Positions 9,207 through 18,430 of a stretch of 33,321 nt of DNA are shown piece after piece. This DNA comes from a virus (taxonomy: Duplodnaviria > Caudoviricetes). A program made the translations under genes and the position numbers. The stretch covers positions 1 to 33,321 of IMG/VR virus record IMGVR_UViG_3300025138_000176; one strand, given 5' to 3'. Each line of letters starts with the position of its first letter. Within the stretch, counting starts at the first letter, position 1. The notes beneath the pieces are model-generated. The model did not search any database. It worked only from the letters and a program-made list of their open reading frames with translations, and was not told where the DNA came from.

Positions 9207-9207
9207 T

Positions 9208-10299
9208 ATGAAAAAAATATTAGTGACTGGTATGAACCATGAACAAACTCGTTATGACGGTTACTTAAAAAAACGTATTGGCGTAATTCTATGCCACTAC
9301 GGTTTAACACGTTGTTTAGAAGATTTAAACTTCGAAGTTGAACAAAGACATGTTCAACCCGGAGAAGATATATCTCATTACGATCATGTGATTGTATATC
9401 TACATAGTCCTAATGGTTTTTGTCAACGCATCTTTGACGGCCTATGGGCGTTAAGTCAAAGACCAGATGCTATACTTGGTTTTGATGATTGGCAAGTTAA
9501 AGATATTTGGAATGGTGTAATTGGATATGGCAAAGCTTTAAAAGAACGTCCTGACTCTGCATACCGTGGTCATATTCTTGATCAGTATCATACAGTCAAA
9601 GATGTAAATCAAGTGAAGAAGTATCACCAAGCGTATATTGATGCAATCGATATGGTTGCTGAAAAGAAAAATAAAATTTTAATGTGTGCTTTTTCTGGTG
9701 GTGATTTAAGTAAGCTAATGGATTATCCACAAGAACTTGTTTATGGTTTTAATCCTAATCCATATCATCTTAATCGTTCTCATGAAAACAATTATGGATT
9801 AGAATCAGGTGGACTCGACAATTTCTTCGGTGGCCCTGAAGCTCCATCTTCAGAAAAGAAATCAAAAGCATGGATATTTAGTTCGTTAGTACAAACTAAA
9901 ACTCGTAAATGGCTTGATAAATTAGAATTAAACTGGGAAACAAGAATTTATGGTGCTCAGCGTGGAGCATATAAAACTGAAAGATTAACTGAAGATAAAA
10001 TGGTACAAGAATATGAAACCACATGGGGTAACCTAATGCCAGCATACGATCATTCTGGATCTGGTTGGTGGAGAACTCGAGTGTTACAATGTGTTGAAGC
10101 TCGATCAATTACAATATGCGATCCTGAAGAAGGTAAAGTTTATGGAGAAGAATTCCTTGTTACTCCAGCAGAAATTGAAGAAATGAATGATCAGCAGCTA
10201 TGGAACAAAGCAAATGCGCAACGTGAAAACTTCTTAGATAATCACCCACTAAATAGAGATATAACAAAACAAGAATTAGCGGAGGTCTTAAATGGCTAA
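9208..10299 (+). CDS. Putative DNA glycosyltransferase, T4 beta-glucosyltransferase (BGT)-like GT-B fold
   Basis: Similar size to BGT, with colinear matches recalled from it: DISHYDHVIVYLHSPNGF~DVNDYDRLIVVNSSINFF, ILGFDDW~YYLFTDI (catalytic Asp) and WWRTRVLQCVEARSITICDPEE~FITLRVWETMASDAVMLIDEEF. Start at ATG 9208 after AGGA. Confidence 0.7.
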   Translation: MKKILVTGMNHEQTRYDGYLKKRIGVILCHYGLTRCLEDLNFEVEQRHVQPGEDISHYDHVIVYLHSPNGFCQRIFDGLWALSQRPDAILGFDDWQVKDIWNGVIGYGKALKERPDSAYRGHILDQYHTVKDVNQVKKYHQAYIDAIDMVAEKKNKILMCAFSGGDLSKLMDYPQELVYGFNPNPYHLNRSHENNYGLESGGLDNFFGGPEAPSSEKKSKAWIFSSLVQTKTRKWLDKLELNWETRIYGAQRGAYKTERLTEDKMVQEYETTWGNLMPAYDHSGSGWWRTRVLQCVEARSITICDPEEGKVYGEEFLVTPAEIEEMNDQQLWNKANAQRENFLDNHPLNRDITKQELAEVLNG

Positions 10300-11248
10300 A
10301 ATATGTATTACAGGCGGAGCAGGTTTTATTGCGTTTCATCTCGCATCTAAGTTGTATAACGAAGGGCACAACGTAATTGCTTTTGATAATTTTAATAATT
10401 ATTACGATCCAACACTCAAAAGAGATAGAGCGGATATTTTATTTAAAGACTTTGGTATTGATGTTCGAGAAGTTGATTTATGCAATAGAAAAAAATTAAT
10501 TGATTTTATGCGAGATCACAAACCAGATGTTGTTGTACATTTAGCAGCCTATGCTGGTGTTAGACATTCTTTAGATTGTCCAGATGATTATATTCAAAAC
10601 AATATTGTCGGTACACATAATTTAATTTCAGCTTGTAATATAGCATGTGTAGATAAAGTTATCTATGCGTCAACTTCATGTGTTATGGCTGGTAATACTC
10701 TTCCATGGAACGAAGATGAAAAGTTAGGTGTAGCAAAAAACCCATACGGATATTCTAAAGCTACAAATGAAGCGCAAATGATATCATCAAAAATTAATTC
10801 AACAATTGGCTTACGCTTCTTTACAGTGTACGGTCCATGGGGTAGACCTGATATGGCATTATTTGATTTTACAAATAATATTGTAAAAGGCAATCCAATT
10901 GAATTATATAATTTCGGCGATATGATTCGCGATTTTACTTACGTTGAAGATATTGTAGAAGGTATTAACGTAGTTATCGATAGAATTATATTGAGTGAAG
11001 ATATAAACGAAATCTATAATATTGGTTATGGAGATCAAGTTCAGTTAGTTGATTTTGTCGATCACATTGAAAAAAATCTTGATCGTAAAGCAATTCGTGA
11101 ATTAGTTCCAATGCACCCTGCTGACACTCAATCAACATGGTCTGACACTACTAAGTTAAGAAATTTAGGATGGAAACCTAAAACACCGATTGAAGAAGGC
11201 GTAGCTAATTTCGTAAACTGGTATAAGGATTATTACAATGTCAATTAA
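10292..11248 (+). CDS. NAD-dependent epimerase, UDP-glucuronate 4-epimerase-like
   Basis: TGGAGFIA, HLAAYAGVRHS, YGYSK (YxxxK), GLRFFTVYGPWGRPDMA and RDFTYVEDIVEG are characteristic of the GAE/WcaG subgroup. Confidence 0.9.
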   Translation: MAKICITGGAGFIAFHLASKLYNEGHNVIAFDNFNNYYDPTLKRDRADILFKDFGIDVREVDLCNRKKLIDFMRDHKPDVVVHLAAYAGVRHSLDCPDDYIQNNIVGTHNLISACNIACVDKVIYASTSCVMAGNTLPWNEDEKLGVAKNPYGYSKATNEAQMISSKINSTIGLRFFTVYGPWGRPDMALFDFTNNIVKGNPIELYNFGDMIRDFTYVEDIVEGINVVIDRIILSEDINEIYNIGYGDQVQLVDFVDHIEKNLDRKAIRELVPMHPADTQSTWSDTTKLRNLGWKPKTPIEEGVANFVNWYKDYYNVN

Positions 11249-12062
11249 TATTGCTATCATTGGTCATGGGTATGTAGGGAAAGCTGTTGATCATGGCTTT
11301 TCTACGCGTTTAGTTACAAAACATATTGTTGATCCAATATATGGAACAACGATTGAAGAGCTTAAAGGCAAAGTAGAATTAGATGCAGCTTTTGTTGCAG
11401 TGCCTACACCTTTTGGAAAAGACGGCAAAATAGATGCTTCGATCGTAAATAAAGTAGTTGATGATCTTGCTTATTTTAATTGTCCAATCGTAATTAAATC
11501 AACTACTACACCAGACGTAGTTGAATGTTTATACACCGTTAACGAAATGGTAGTTTTTAATCCAGAGTTTTTAACTGAAAAGAACGCACTGCACGATTTT
11601 ATTAATCCTCCAATGCATGTTCTTGGTGGAAAAAGAAAATATACTAATATGGTTTTAGATTTATACGAAAATCATTCTCAATGTACACCTTGTCCAGTAT
11701 ATCATATGACTGCAAAAGAAGCTGCATTTGTAAAGTACGGAATCAATTCTTTTCTTGCAACTAAAGTTCTTTGGATGAATCAATTTAAAGATGTAGTAGA
11801 TCAATACGGTGGTAAATATAATGTGATTGTAAATGCATTAGGTTCAGATCCACGTATTGGACATAGTCATACTCAAGTTCCAGGGCCAGACGGTCGTAAA
11901 GGTTATGGTGGCGCTTGTTTTCCAAAAGATACAAAAGCATTTTCAGCTTTTAGTCAAGGTGAACTTACTGTTCTTGATGAAGTAATTAAATCTAATAATA
12001 AATATAGAAAACAATACGATTTAGATGATCGTGAAAAAGAACAGAAAGTGAAATATGACTAA
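11238..12062 (+). CDS. ugd: UDP-glucose 6-dehydrogenase-like (short form lacking the C-terminal domain)
   Basis: GHGYVG, VPTP, KST, NPEFL, VKYGINSFLATK, DPRIG and GYGGACFPKD with the catalytic Cys. Only 274 aa. Confidence 0.88.
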   Translation: MSINIAIIGHGYVGKAVDHGFSTRLVTKHIVDPIYGTTIEELKGKVELDAAFVAVPTPFGKDGKIDASIVNKVVDDLAYFNCPIVIKSTTTPDVVECLYTVNEMVVFNPEFLTEKNALHDFINPPMHVLGGKRKYTNMVLDLYENHSQCTPCPVYHMTAKEAAFVKYGINSFLATKVLWMNQFKDVVDQYGGKYNVIVNALGSDPRIGHSHTQVPGPDGRKGYGGACFPKDTKAFSAFSQGELTVLDEVIKSNNKYRKQYDLDDREKEQKVKYD

Positions 12063-13245
12063 TTATGCAAGTATTGTACCACTCATTGGCGGAGAAACTA
12101 TCGCAATGCAAAACGTACTTGGGAAAAGGCCTGAGTACATTTTATCCTATGAAGAATTTGAAGCAAACGATAAACACCTATTGGAATATTATAAAAACGA
12201 AGTTCCCTATCATCTTCTCAACGGCGATAAGCTTCCTGATATTAAGTCTGTTGATATTGTTAACACTGTCTGTCCTTGTGCTGGTTTGTCTAGTCTCAGT
12301 CCTACTAGTAACTCTGAATCTACTACAAACGATTGGATGCGTACTAGTGCAGAGTATATACTTGGTTCTGTCTCACCCAAAGTTTTTTGGGGAGAAAACG
12401 CACCAAGACTGGCTAGCAAGATGGGAGAACCAATTGTCAAAGATTTACGAAAAATTGGACAAAAGCACGGATACACTTTTTCAATATTTAAAACAAAAAG
12501 TTTACTCCATGGGCTTTCTCAAGTAAGAGATAGAACATTTTATTTTTTCTGGAAAGGCGATAAAGTTCCTCAACTTGAATATATAAATCGTAAGCATGAA
12601 AAAATAGAAGATGCTATTTGTGATGTTAAAAGAAATCCAGATGATCCTATGAATGTACTTACGAACGATGCTGTACCAAGTCAAAATCCATACTACGCAT
12701 ATGTTTTAGAAAAATTAAATAAAACTCATAGGCAGTTTGCATCAAGTATTGATAAAACAACTAATCCACTTGAATGGATTTACAAAAATGATTCTTTTGT
12801 AAAAGCAGCTGATTGGATGAGACAAAAAGGATTTGACAAAGACGCAGATAAATGTATAAGAAAACATGATAAACTTCAATCAGGAGGTAATATTATGTGG
12901 CACAATATAGAAGTTCCAAAAGATCACATTGGTGCTTTTGTTGGTCATAGGCCAACTCAACTAACACATCCGTGGGAAGATCGTTTTCTTACGATTCGTG
13001 AATGTCTTTCATTAATGAAAATGCCAGACGATTTTATTCTTCAAGGAGGACGTAAAAATTTAAATCACATATGCCAAAACGTGCCAGTCACTACAGCGCA
13101 AGATATGGCTAAACAAGCAGTTGCTTTTGTTGAAGGAAGATTAGACAATCAACTTTGGCAACAAGATTATATGTCTCAAGATAACAGAAGAGAATGTATT
13201 ACAAGTGAAAATAGTAGTGTACAATTAGATGAATTTATGGTATAA
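12055..13245 (+). CDS. C5-cytosine DNA methyltransferase-like protein with atypical motif I
   Basis: PCAGLS (IV), ENAP (VI), QVRDRTF (VIII), RFLTIRECLSLMKMPDDF (IX) and ICQNVPV (X). Motif I reads SIVPLIGG instead of FxGxGG. Confidence 0.82.
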   Translation: MTNYASIVPLIGGETIAMQNVLGKRPEYILSYEEFEANDKHLLEYYKNEVPYHLLNGDKLPDIKSVDIVNTVCPCAGLSSLSPTSNSESTTNDWMRTSAEYILGSVSPKVFWGENAPRLASKMGEPIVKDLRKIGQKHGYTFSIFKTKSLLHGLSQVRDRTFYFFWKGDKVPQLEYINRKHEKIEDAICDVKRNPDDPMNVLTNDAVPSQNPYYAYVLEKLNKTHRQFASSIDKTTNPLEWIYKNDSFVKAADWMRQKGFDKDADKCIRKHDKLQSGGNIMWHNIEVPKDHIGAFVGHRPTQLTHPWEDRFLTIRECLSLMKMPDDFILQGGRKNLNHICQNVPVTTAQDMAKQAVAFVEGRLDNQLWQQDYMSQDNRRECITSENSSVQLDEFMV

Positions 13246-13246
13246 T
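13218..13246 (+). promoter_or_regulatory. Early-type promoter for uvsX-41
   Basis: TGTACA-17 bp-TATAAT with extended TG. Confidence 0.75.
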
Positions 13247-13274
13247 ATACTATATTTGATTAAAGGAGATGTAT

Positions 13275-14315
13275 ATGTCCATTATGGATAAATTAAAAAA
13301 GAATTCGAAAGTCAAGGCAACTGAAATCCTAGCTGATTCGAAGTTCTTTAACGATAAAGATATGATTTCAACTGATACACCAATGATAAACATTGCGTTA
13401 TCTGGTGAAGTCGATGGTGGTTTAGCACCAGGTCTAACAGTACTTGCTGGACCTTCTAAACATTTTAAAACTTCATTTGCTTTGATTATGGCAAGTGCTT
13501 ATTTAAAAAAATATAAAGATGCAGTATTGCTATTTTATGATTCAGAGTTTGGCTCACCTCAACAATATTTTGAGCAATTTGAAATTGATACGACTCGAGT
13601 ACTTCATACTCCAATTACAAATGTTGAAGAACTCAAATTTGATATTGTTGGCCAATTGGAAGGTTTAAGTCGTGAAGATAAAGTTATTATTGTGATCGAT
13701 TCAATTGGTAACCTTGCCTCTAAGAAAGAAATGGAAGATGCTATCAATGAAAAGTCTGTGGCTGATATGTCACGTGCTAAAGCGTTAAAAGGTTTGTTTC
13801 GTATGTGCACACCATATTTGAATATGAAAAATATTCCATTAGTGGCAGTTAATCATACATACCAAGAAATTGGCTTATTCCCTAAAGCTATTGTGTCAGG
13901 CGGCACAGGTATCTATTATTCAGCTGATAACATCTGGATCTTAGGACGAAGACAAAACAAAAAAGGTACTGATGTCGTTGGTTATGACTTTGTAATAAAC
14001 GTTGAGAAATCTCGTTTTGTTAAAGAAAAGTCTAAGATACCTATCAGTGTCAGCTGGCAAGGTGGAGTACAAAAGTGGTCTGGCTTGCTTGACATTGCTA
14101 TGCAAGGTAAATACGTTGCAAAGCCATCTAATGGTTGGTATTGTAGAGTCAATCAAGAAACTGGTGAATTACTTGAACCTAAAGTACGAGAAGCTCAAAC
14201 TTTAGAAGAAGAGTTCTGGAAACCAATCTTTGCTGATACAAACTTCAAAGATTATCTTACAGATGTTTACAAAATTGGCGGTAAAGCCACTATTGATTTT
14301 GAGGAGATAACATGA
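13275..14315 (+). CDS. uvsX: RecA-like recombinase UvsX
   Basis: Walker A AGPSKHFKT, YDSEFG, IDSIGNLASKKE and SGGTGIYYSAD. ATG 13275 is correctly spaced from AAGGAG. Confidence 0.97.
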   Translation: MSIMDKLKKNSKVKATEILADSKFFNDKDMISTDTPMINIALSGEVDGGLAPGLTVLAGPSKHFKTSFALIMASAYLKKYKDAVLLFYDSEFGSPQQYFEQFEIDTTRVLHTPITNVEELKFDIVGQLEGLSREDKVIIVIDSIGNLASKKEMEDAINEKSVADMSRAKALKGLFRMCTPYLNMKNIPLVAVNHTYQEIGLFPKAIVSGGTGIYYSADNIWILGRRQNKKGTDVVGYDFVINVEKSRFVKEKSKIPISVSWQGGVQKWSGLLDIAMQGKYVAKPSNGWYCRVNQETGELLEPKVREAQTLEEEFWKPIFADTNFKDYLTDVYKIGGKATIDFEEIT

Positions 14316-14503
14316 GAAGCGTAACTAGAGATGTTCAAACAATGACTCTTGGTATTGATGTGATTAACCAAGAGATCGAGTTTTGGGAAAATAAATCTAA
14401 AAAAGATAAATCAATTAAAAAAAGAGTTGAAAGACTGTATGCTGCTCGTAAACATTTGATTGAAAATCCTAAAGCAGCAAATGAATTGATGGAGAGGTTA
14501 TAA
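14312..14503 (+). CDS. Hypothetical protein
   Basis: GAGGAG RBS and ATGA overlap. Confidence 0.75.
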   Translation: MRSVTRDVQTMTLGIDVINQEIEFWENKSKKDKSIKKRVERLYAARKHLIENPKAANELMERL

Positions 14504-14688
14504 TGAATGAAGGACCATTTACATCAAATATCGAATCAAATTTAAAAGATGTTATTCGAAGAGAAATTGTAACTTATCGTTGGAAAAATAGTATGCTTAT
14601 AAAAGAAACTGCAGTTAGAACATATCAAAAAAATGGTGATTATAATGATTCAATAGCATCTGTACCATTACCGAGTTTTGATCAATGA
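14503..14688 (+). CDS. Hypothetical protein
   Basis: GGAGAGG RBS, translationally coupled. Confidence 0.75.
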   Translation: MNEGPFTSNIESNLKDVIRREIVTYRWKNSMLIKETAVRTYQKNGDYNDSIASVPLPSFDQ

Positions 14689-15026
14689 AAGAAGGTACAG
14701 ACTATGAATTGATGCTTCATGAAGAAAACGATGAACATTGGTCGTGTCGCATTTTAACTGGTGCTTTTCCGGAGACGGTAATTAAATTTGCATCTATTCA
14801 AGTTGATGAAGGAAAAGATCAATTAGGTTTTAACTTTCATGTTCTTTCTTCTCCTGATCCTGAAGCTCACATTGATAATGTTGATCTACAACTAGTAGCT
14901 TCTGCATGTTTAAGCTCAGTATTTGATACATGTGTTGAAGAAGGTACTGCTAAATTTACTGACACTTCAACTGGAAAAGAGATAGAAGCACACGAAATTG
15001 CTAGCTATGAGAAAGGAAAAAAATAA
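14685..15026 (+). CDS. Hypothetical acidic protein (positional candidate for gp40)
   Basis: 113 aa, lying between uvsX and 41 where T4 has gene 40. No motif proof. Confidence 0.6.
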   Translation: MKEGTDYELMLHEENDEHWSCRILTGAFPETVIKFASIQVDEGKDQLGFNFHVLSSPDPEAHIDNVDLQLVASACLSSVFDTCVEEGTAKFTDTSTGKEIEAHEIASYEKGKK

Positions 15027-15223
15027 TGTTTTTTAATATTGAAAAATTAAATGATTTAGAAAAAGTTGTGTCATATAATTTAAGTTCAGCTGATTGTTTA
15101 AATGACAGCACTAACGATAAAGAACTTAAACCTATATGGATAAATTATAGAACTGATATGCCAGATTGTTTGATGGTTATAAGAGAATATAGAGAACTAC
15201 TAAGACAATTAGAAAGTAAATAA
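15026..15223 (+). CDS. Hypothetical protein
   Basis: 65-aa ORF coupled on both sides. Confidence 0.7.
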   Translation: MFFNIEKLNDLEKVVSYNLSSADCLNDSTNDKELKPIWINYRTDMPDCLMVIREYRELLRQLESK

Positions 15224-16602
15224 TGCAGGCAAATATTGAACAAACTATATTAAGAAATCTTCTCACTGACGAGAAGTATATGCGAAAAGTTCTACCATTT
15301 ATTAAACCAGATTATTTTCAAGGTGTATATAAAACACTTTTTAAAGAAGCTGGAAAGTATGTAGCAAAATATAATAAACTTCCAACTTCTGAATCATTAG
15401 CTATAGAACTTCAAAATACAAATATGTCTGATGATCAATATTCTATGGCAATGGACGTTGTTCCTCTTCTTTTCACAAAAGAAAAAATTGATAATCAATG
15501 GCTACTTGATAACACTGAGAAGTGGTGCCAAGATCGAGCCATCTATAATTCAATCATGGAATCGATTAGTATTATTGATGGCAAACACGAATCATTAACA
15601 AAGAATGCTTTGCCTGAACTTTTACAAAAAGCTCTAGGTGTAGCTTTTGACAGAAACGTTGGTCACGATTATATAGAAAACGTAGAAGAAAGATATGAAT
15701 TTTATCACAAACAGGAAGATCGTATTCCATTTGATATCGACTACTTTAATAAAATCACAAAGGGTGGTGTTCCAAAGAAAACTTTAAACATTGCTCTTGC
15801 TGGTACAGGCGTTGGTAAGTCTTTATTCATGTGCCATGTTGGTGCAGCTGCTTTGGTTGAAGGTAAAAATGTTTTATATATTACAATGGAAATGGCCGAA
15901 GAAAAGATTGCAGAACGTATCGATGCTAACTTATTAAATGTTCCAATCGATCAACTTGATAAAATGTCAAAAGATATGTTTACTGCAAAAGTAAATAATC
16001 TTGCACGTAAAACTACTGGTAGGTTAATTGTAAAAGAATATCCAACAGGTTCAGCTCACGCTGGTCATTTTAGAGCATTACTAAACGAACTAAAATTAAA
16101 AAAAGAATTTGAACCAGATATTATATTTGTTGATTATTTAAATATCTGTGCTTCATCTAGAATGAAATCAATGGGAGGAGCAATCAATTCATACACTTAC
16201 ATTAAAGCAATTGCTGAAGAGTTACGTGGTCTTGCTGTCGAGTTCGAAGTACCGATCTTCTCTGCAACGCAAACGACTCGTTCAGGTTTTTCTAATACGG
16301 ATGTTGGCCTTGAAGACACGTCCGAATCTTTTGGATTACCCGCTACCGCTGATCTCATGTTCGCGTTGATATCAACTGAAGAACTTGAGAAACAAGGTCA
16401 AATGATGGTAAAACAATTAAAGAATAGATATAATGATCCAACACTTTACAAACGATTTGTAATTGGCGTTGACAGGTCTAAAATGCGTTTATTCGATGTT
16501 GAAGAAACTCAGCAGACATTAATAGATGATACTCCAGTTTTTGATAAAAGCGCATCAGGAGAAAGAATGTCGTCTGAAAAATTTGGAGACTTTAAATTAT
16601 GA
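15223..16602 (+). CDS. 41: Replicative DnaB-like helicase, T4 gp41 homolog
   Basis: AGTGVGKS, YITMEMAEE, IVKEYPT, VDYLNIC, SATQTTR, SESFGLPATAD and KQLKNRY. Confidence 0.97.
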   Translation: MQANIEQTILRNLLTDEKYMRKVLPFIKPDYFQGVYKTLFKEAGKYVAKYNKLPTSESLAIELQNTNMSDDQYSMAMDVVPLLFTKEKIDNQWLLDNTEKWCQDRAIYNSIMESISIIDGKHESLTKNALPELLQKALGVAFDRNVGHDYIENVEERYEFYHKQEDRIPFDIDYFNKITKGGVPKKTLNIALAGTGVGKSLFMCHVGAAALVEGKNVLYITMEMAEEKIAERIDANLLNVPIDQLDKMSKDMFTAKVNNLARKTTGRLIVKEYPTGSAHAGHFRALLNELKLKKEFEPDIIFVDYLNICASSRMKSMGGAINSYTYIKAIAEELRGLAVEFEVPIFSATQTTRSGFSNTDVGLEDTSESFGLPATADLMFALISTEELEKQGQMMVKQLKNRYNDPTLYKRFVIGVDRSKMRLFDVEETQQTLIDDTPVFDKSASGERMSSEKFGDFKL

Positions 16603-16865
16603 CAAATAAATTTACACAGGACATGACTGGCACAGGACATTACGTATACGGAATTGAATATGAACCACGAATAGAAGATCCAGTGATTGTTGCTCGTTTT
16701 GATACTAAAGACGAAGCAGAACAACATATGGAAAAAATCAAAACTCAAAATCCTAAAGCGGCAAAACACCATAGAATTATAGAAGAAACAACTGATGATG
16801 AACCACAAAGGTATTATGATTGGATGTTATGGAAACTAAAACAAAAGAAAGAAGAAGGACAATGA
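16599..16865 (+). CDS. Hypothetical protein
   Basis: 88-aa ORF with GGAG RBS and ATGA overlap. Confidence 0.75.
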   Translation: MTNKFTQDMTGTGHYVYGIEYEPRIEDPVIVARFDTKDEAEQHMEKIKTQNPKAAKHHRIIEETTDDEPQRYYDWMLWKLKQKKEEGQ

Positions 16866-17548
16866 ATGTTAGGCTTATATCTTATTCCCAAACAAACACT
16901 TACAACGTCGGTGGATTATACGTCGGAAACGATATGCAAGAACTCATCGCGTATTGTGCCCGTGTCTCCAACCCATCAAACCAAATTAATGAAGAAACCT
17001 CGGAAAAATTATTACGATATCTCATCAAACACAAACACTGGTCGCCATTCGAAATGGTTAGTGCTTGCTTAGAAATTGAAACATATAGAGACATTGCAAG
17101 ACAAATTTTAAGACATAGATCGTTTTCATTTCAAGAATTTAGTCAAAGATACGCAGATCCAACAAAAGATTTCTCGTTAAATATAGATAATTTACGCAAA
17201 GCACGTCTTCAAGATACTAAGAATCGCCAGAACTCAATTGAAGTTGATGACGATAAATTACAACTTGAATGGCAGCAATCTCAAATGCGTATATATCATA
17301 TGTCAAAAAAAGAATATGATGCAGCAATCAAACTTGGTATTGCAAAAGAACAAGCTCGAGCTTTATTACCAGAAGGCATTACTGAATCTCGTTTATATAT
17401 GAATGGATCTATTCGTTCTTGGATTCATTATGTTGAATTAAGGTCTGGTCCAGAAACTCAAAAAGAACATAGAGACATTGCAATTGCTTGTGCTAAAGCC
17501 ATTCAACCTATATTTCCTATGATAGATGAGTTTAGAATCTGCAAATAA
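16862..17548 (+). CDS. thyX: Flavin-dependent thymidylate synthase
   Basis: HWSPFE, RHRSFSFQEFSQRY, EQARALLP and TQKEHR. Start placed at the ATGA overlap at 16862. Confidence 0.97.
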   Translation: MNVRLISYSQTNTYNVGGLYVGNDMQELIAYCARVSNPSNQINEETSEKLLRYLIKHKHWSPFEMVSACLEIETYRDIARQILRHRSFSFQEFSQRYADPTKDFSLNIDNLRKARLQDTKNRQNSIEVDDDKLQLEWQQSQMRIYHMSKKEYDAAIKLGIAKEQARALLPEGITESRLYMNGSIRSWIHYVELRSGPETQKEHRDIAIACAKAIQPIFPMIDEFRICK

Positions 17549-17551
17549 ACT

Positions 17552-17663
17552 AGTTAACATATTCATCATTTAATTTTAATTCTGCTCACTTTTTTATGTA
17601 CAATTGTGAAAAAGCATGGTATAATACTTATATAATAATTTAAATGAAAGGAAATTTATTATG
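17552..17663 (+). repeat. Promoter+RBS cassette, repeat family 1 variant (copy D)
   Basis: TGTACA(17597-17602)-17 bp-TATAAT(17620-17625). 17581-17663 matches 17899-17981 at 79 of 83 nt. Confidence 0.9.
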
Positions 17664-17870
17664 TCAAATTTAAACAAATTAATTATGAATATCGAAGAAA
17701 AAGTTTTTGGATGCGATCTAGATAATATCATTACTCAGTCTAATACTCTTCAGGAAGCTCAAAACATAGTTACTAGTTTTTTTAAAAAAGAACTTACTTC
17801 ATACGAGATTGATATCGCAAAAGATGTTGTTTCAAGATCTTGGAATGAATATTGGGGAGATTATATTTAA
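17661..17870 (+). CDS. Hypothetical early protein
   Basis: 69-aa ORF behind cassette D. Confidence 0.8.
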   Translation: MSNLNKLIMNIEEKVFGCDLDNIITQSNTLQEAQNIVTSFFKKELTSYEIDIAKDVVSRSWNEYWGDYI

Positions 17871-17981
17871 TAAACATGTTAATCATTTTTATTTCAAATC
17901 TGCTCACTTTTTTATGTACATTTACAAAAAAGCATGGTATAATACTTATATAATAATTTAAATGAAAGGAAATTTATTATG
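17870..17981 (+). repeat. Promoter+RBS cassette, repeat family 1 variant (copy E)
   Basis: TGTACA(17915-17920)-17 bp-TATAAT(17938-17943), with a leader and RBS identical to copy D. Confidence 0.9.
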
Positions 17982-18275
17982 AACATATCAATCACTTACA
18001 AAGACAGCTATTGCGGAATACCTTATACAGCTGCATCTATTGAAACACCTTTTACCGATATGAAAATGGCATTACAAGATGCTTTCGGTAAAACACAAAA
18101 TGCGTTTGCTTCTTGGTCTGAAAAGCCACAATCTGGTGTTACAGTGTGCCATTACAAGTTTGATGGATCTCCACTTCGCAGCTCAATGGTTGGCGATGAG
18201 TTCATAGTCTGGACTTCAGAAAAAGACTTCAAGAAATTTGAAGTTGCAAAAATTGGCTTTAAGGAGATTGTGTAA
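17979..18275 (+). CDS. Hypothetical early protein
   Basis: 98-aa ORF behind cassette E. Confidence 0.8.
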   Translation: MNISITYKDSYCGIPYTAASIETPFTDMKMALQDAFGKTQNAFASWSEKPQSGVTVCHYKFDGSPLRSSMVGDEFIVWTSEKDFKKFEVAKIGFKEIV

Positions 18276-18430
18276 TGCAAATTAAAGGTGCAATGACAGT
18301 ACTTAAAAAGGACTGTAAATTCTTAGGATTAACAATGAAAGAATTGTTAATCTTTATTGAACGTAATCCGTATGCTCAAAATAATAGTACTATCGAAGCA
18401 TATAAAATTTATAAGAAAGAAAATATATAA
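18275..18430 (+). CDS. Small hypothetical protein (51 aa, MQIKGAMTVL...KKENI)
   Basis: AAGGAG RBS and TAATG overlaps at both ends; not in the ORF track. Confidence 0.72.
   Translation: MQIKGAMTVLKKDCKFLGLTMKELLIFIERNPYAQNNSTIEAYKIYKKENI

Noticed and set aside
9073-9207. N-terminal extension of the glycosyltransferase ORF given in the ORF track
   Set aside because: It overlaps the 8976-9206 gene; the RBS and the MKKILVTG strand support 9208.
17552-17981. CRISPR-like array from the repeated intergenic sequences
   Set aside because: The repeats are long promoter/RBS units separated by whole genes, with no regular spacers and no cas genes.
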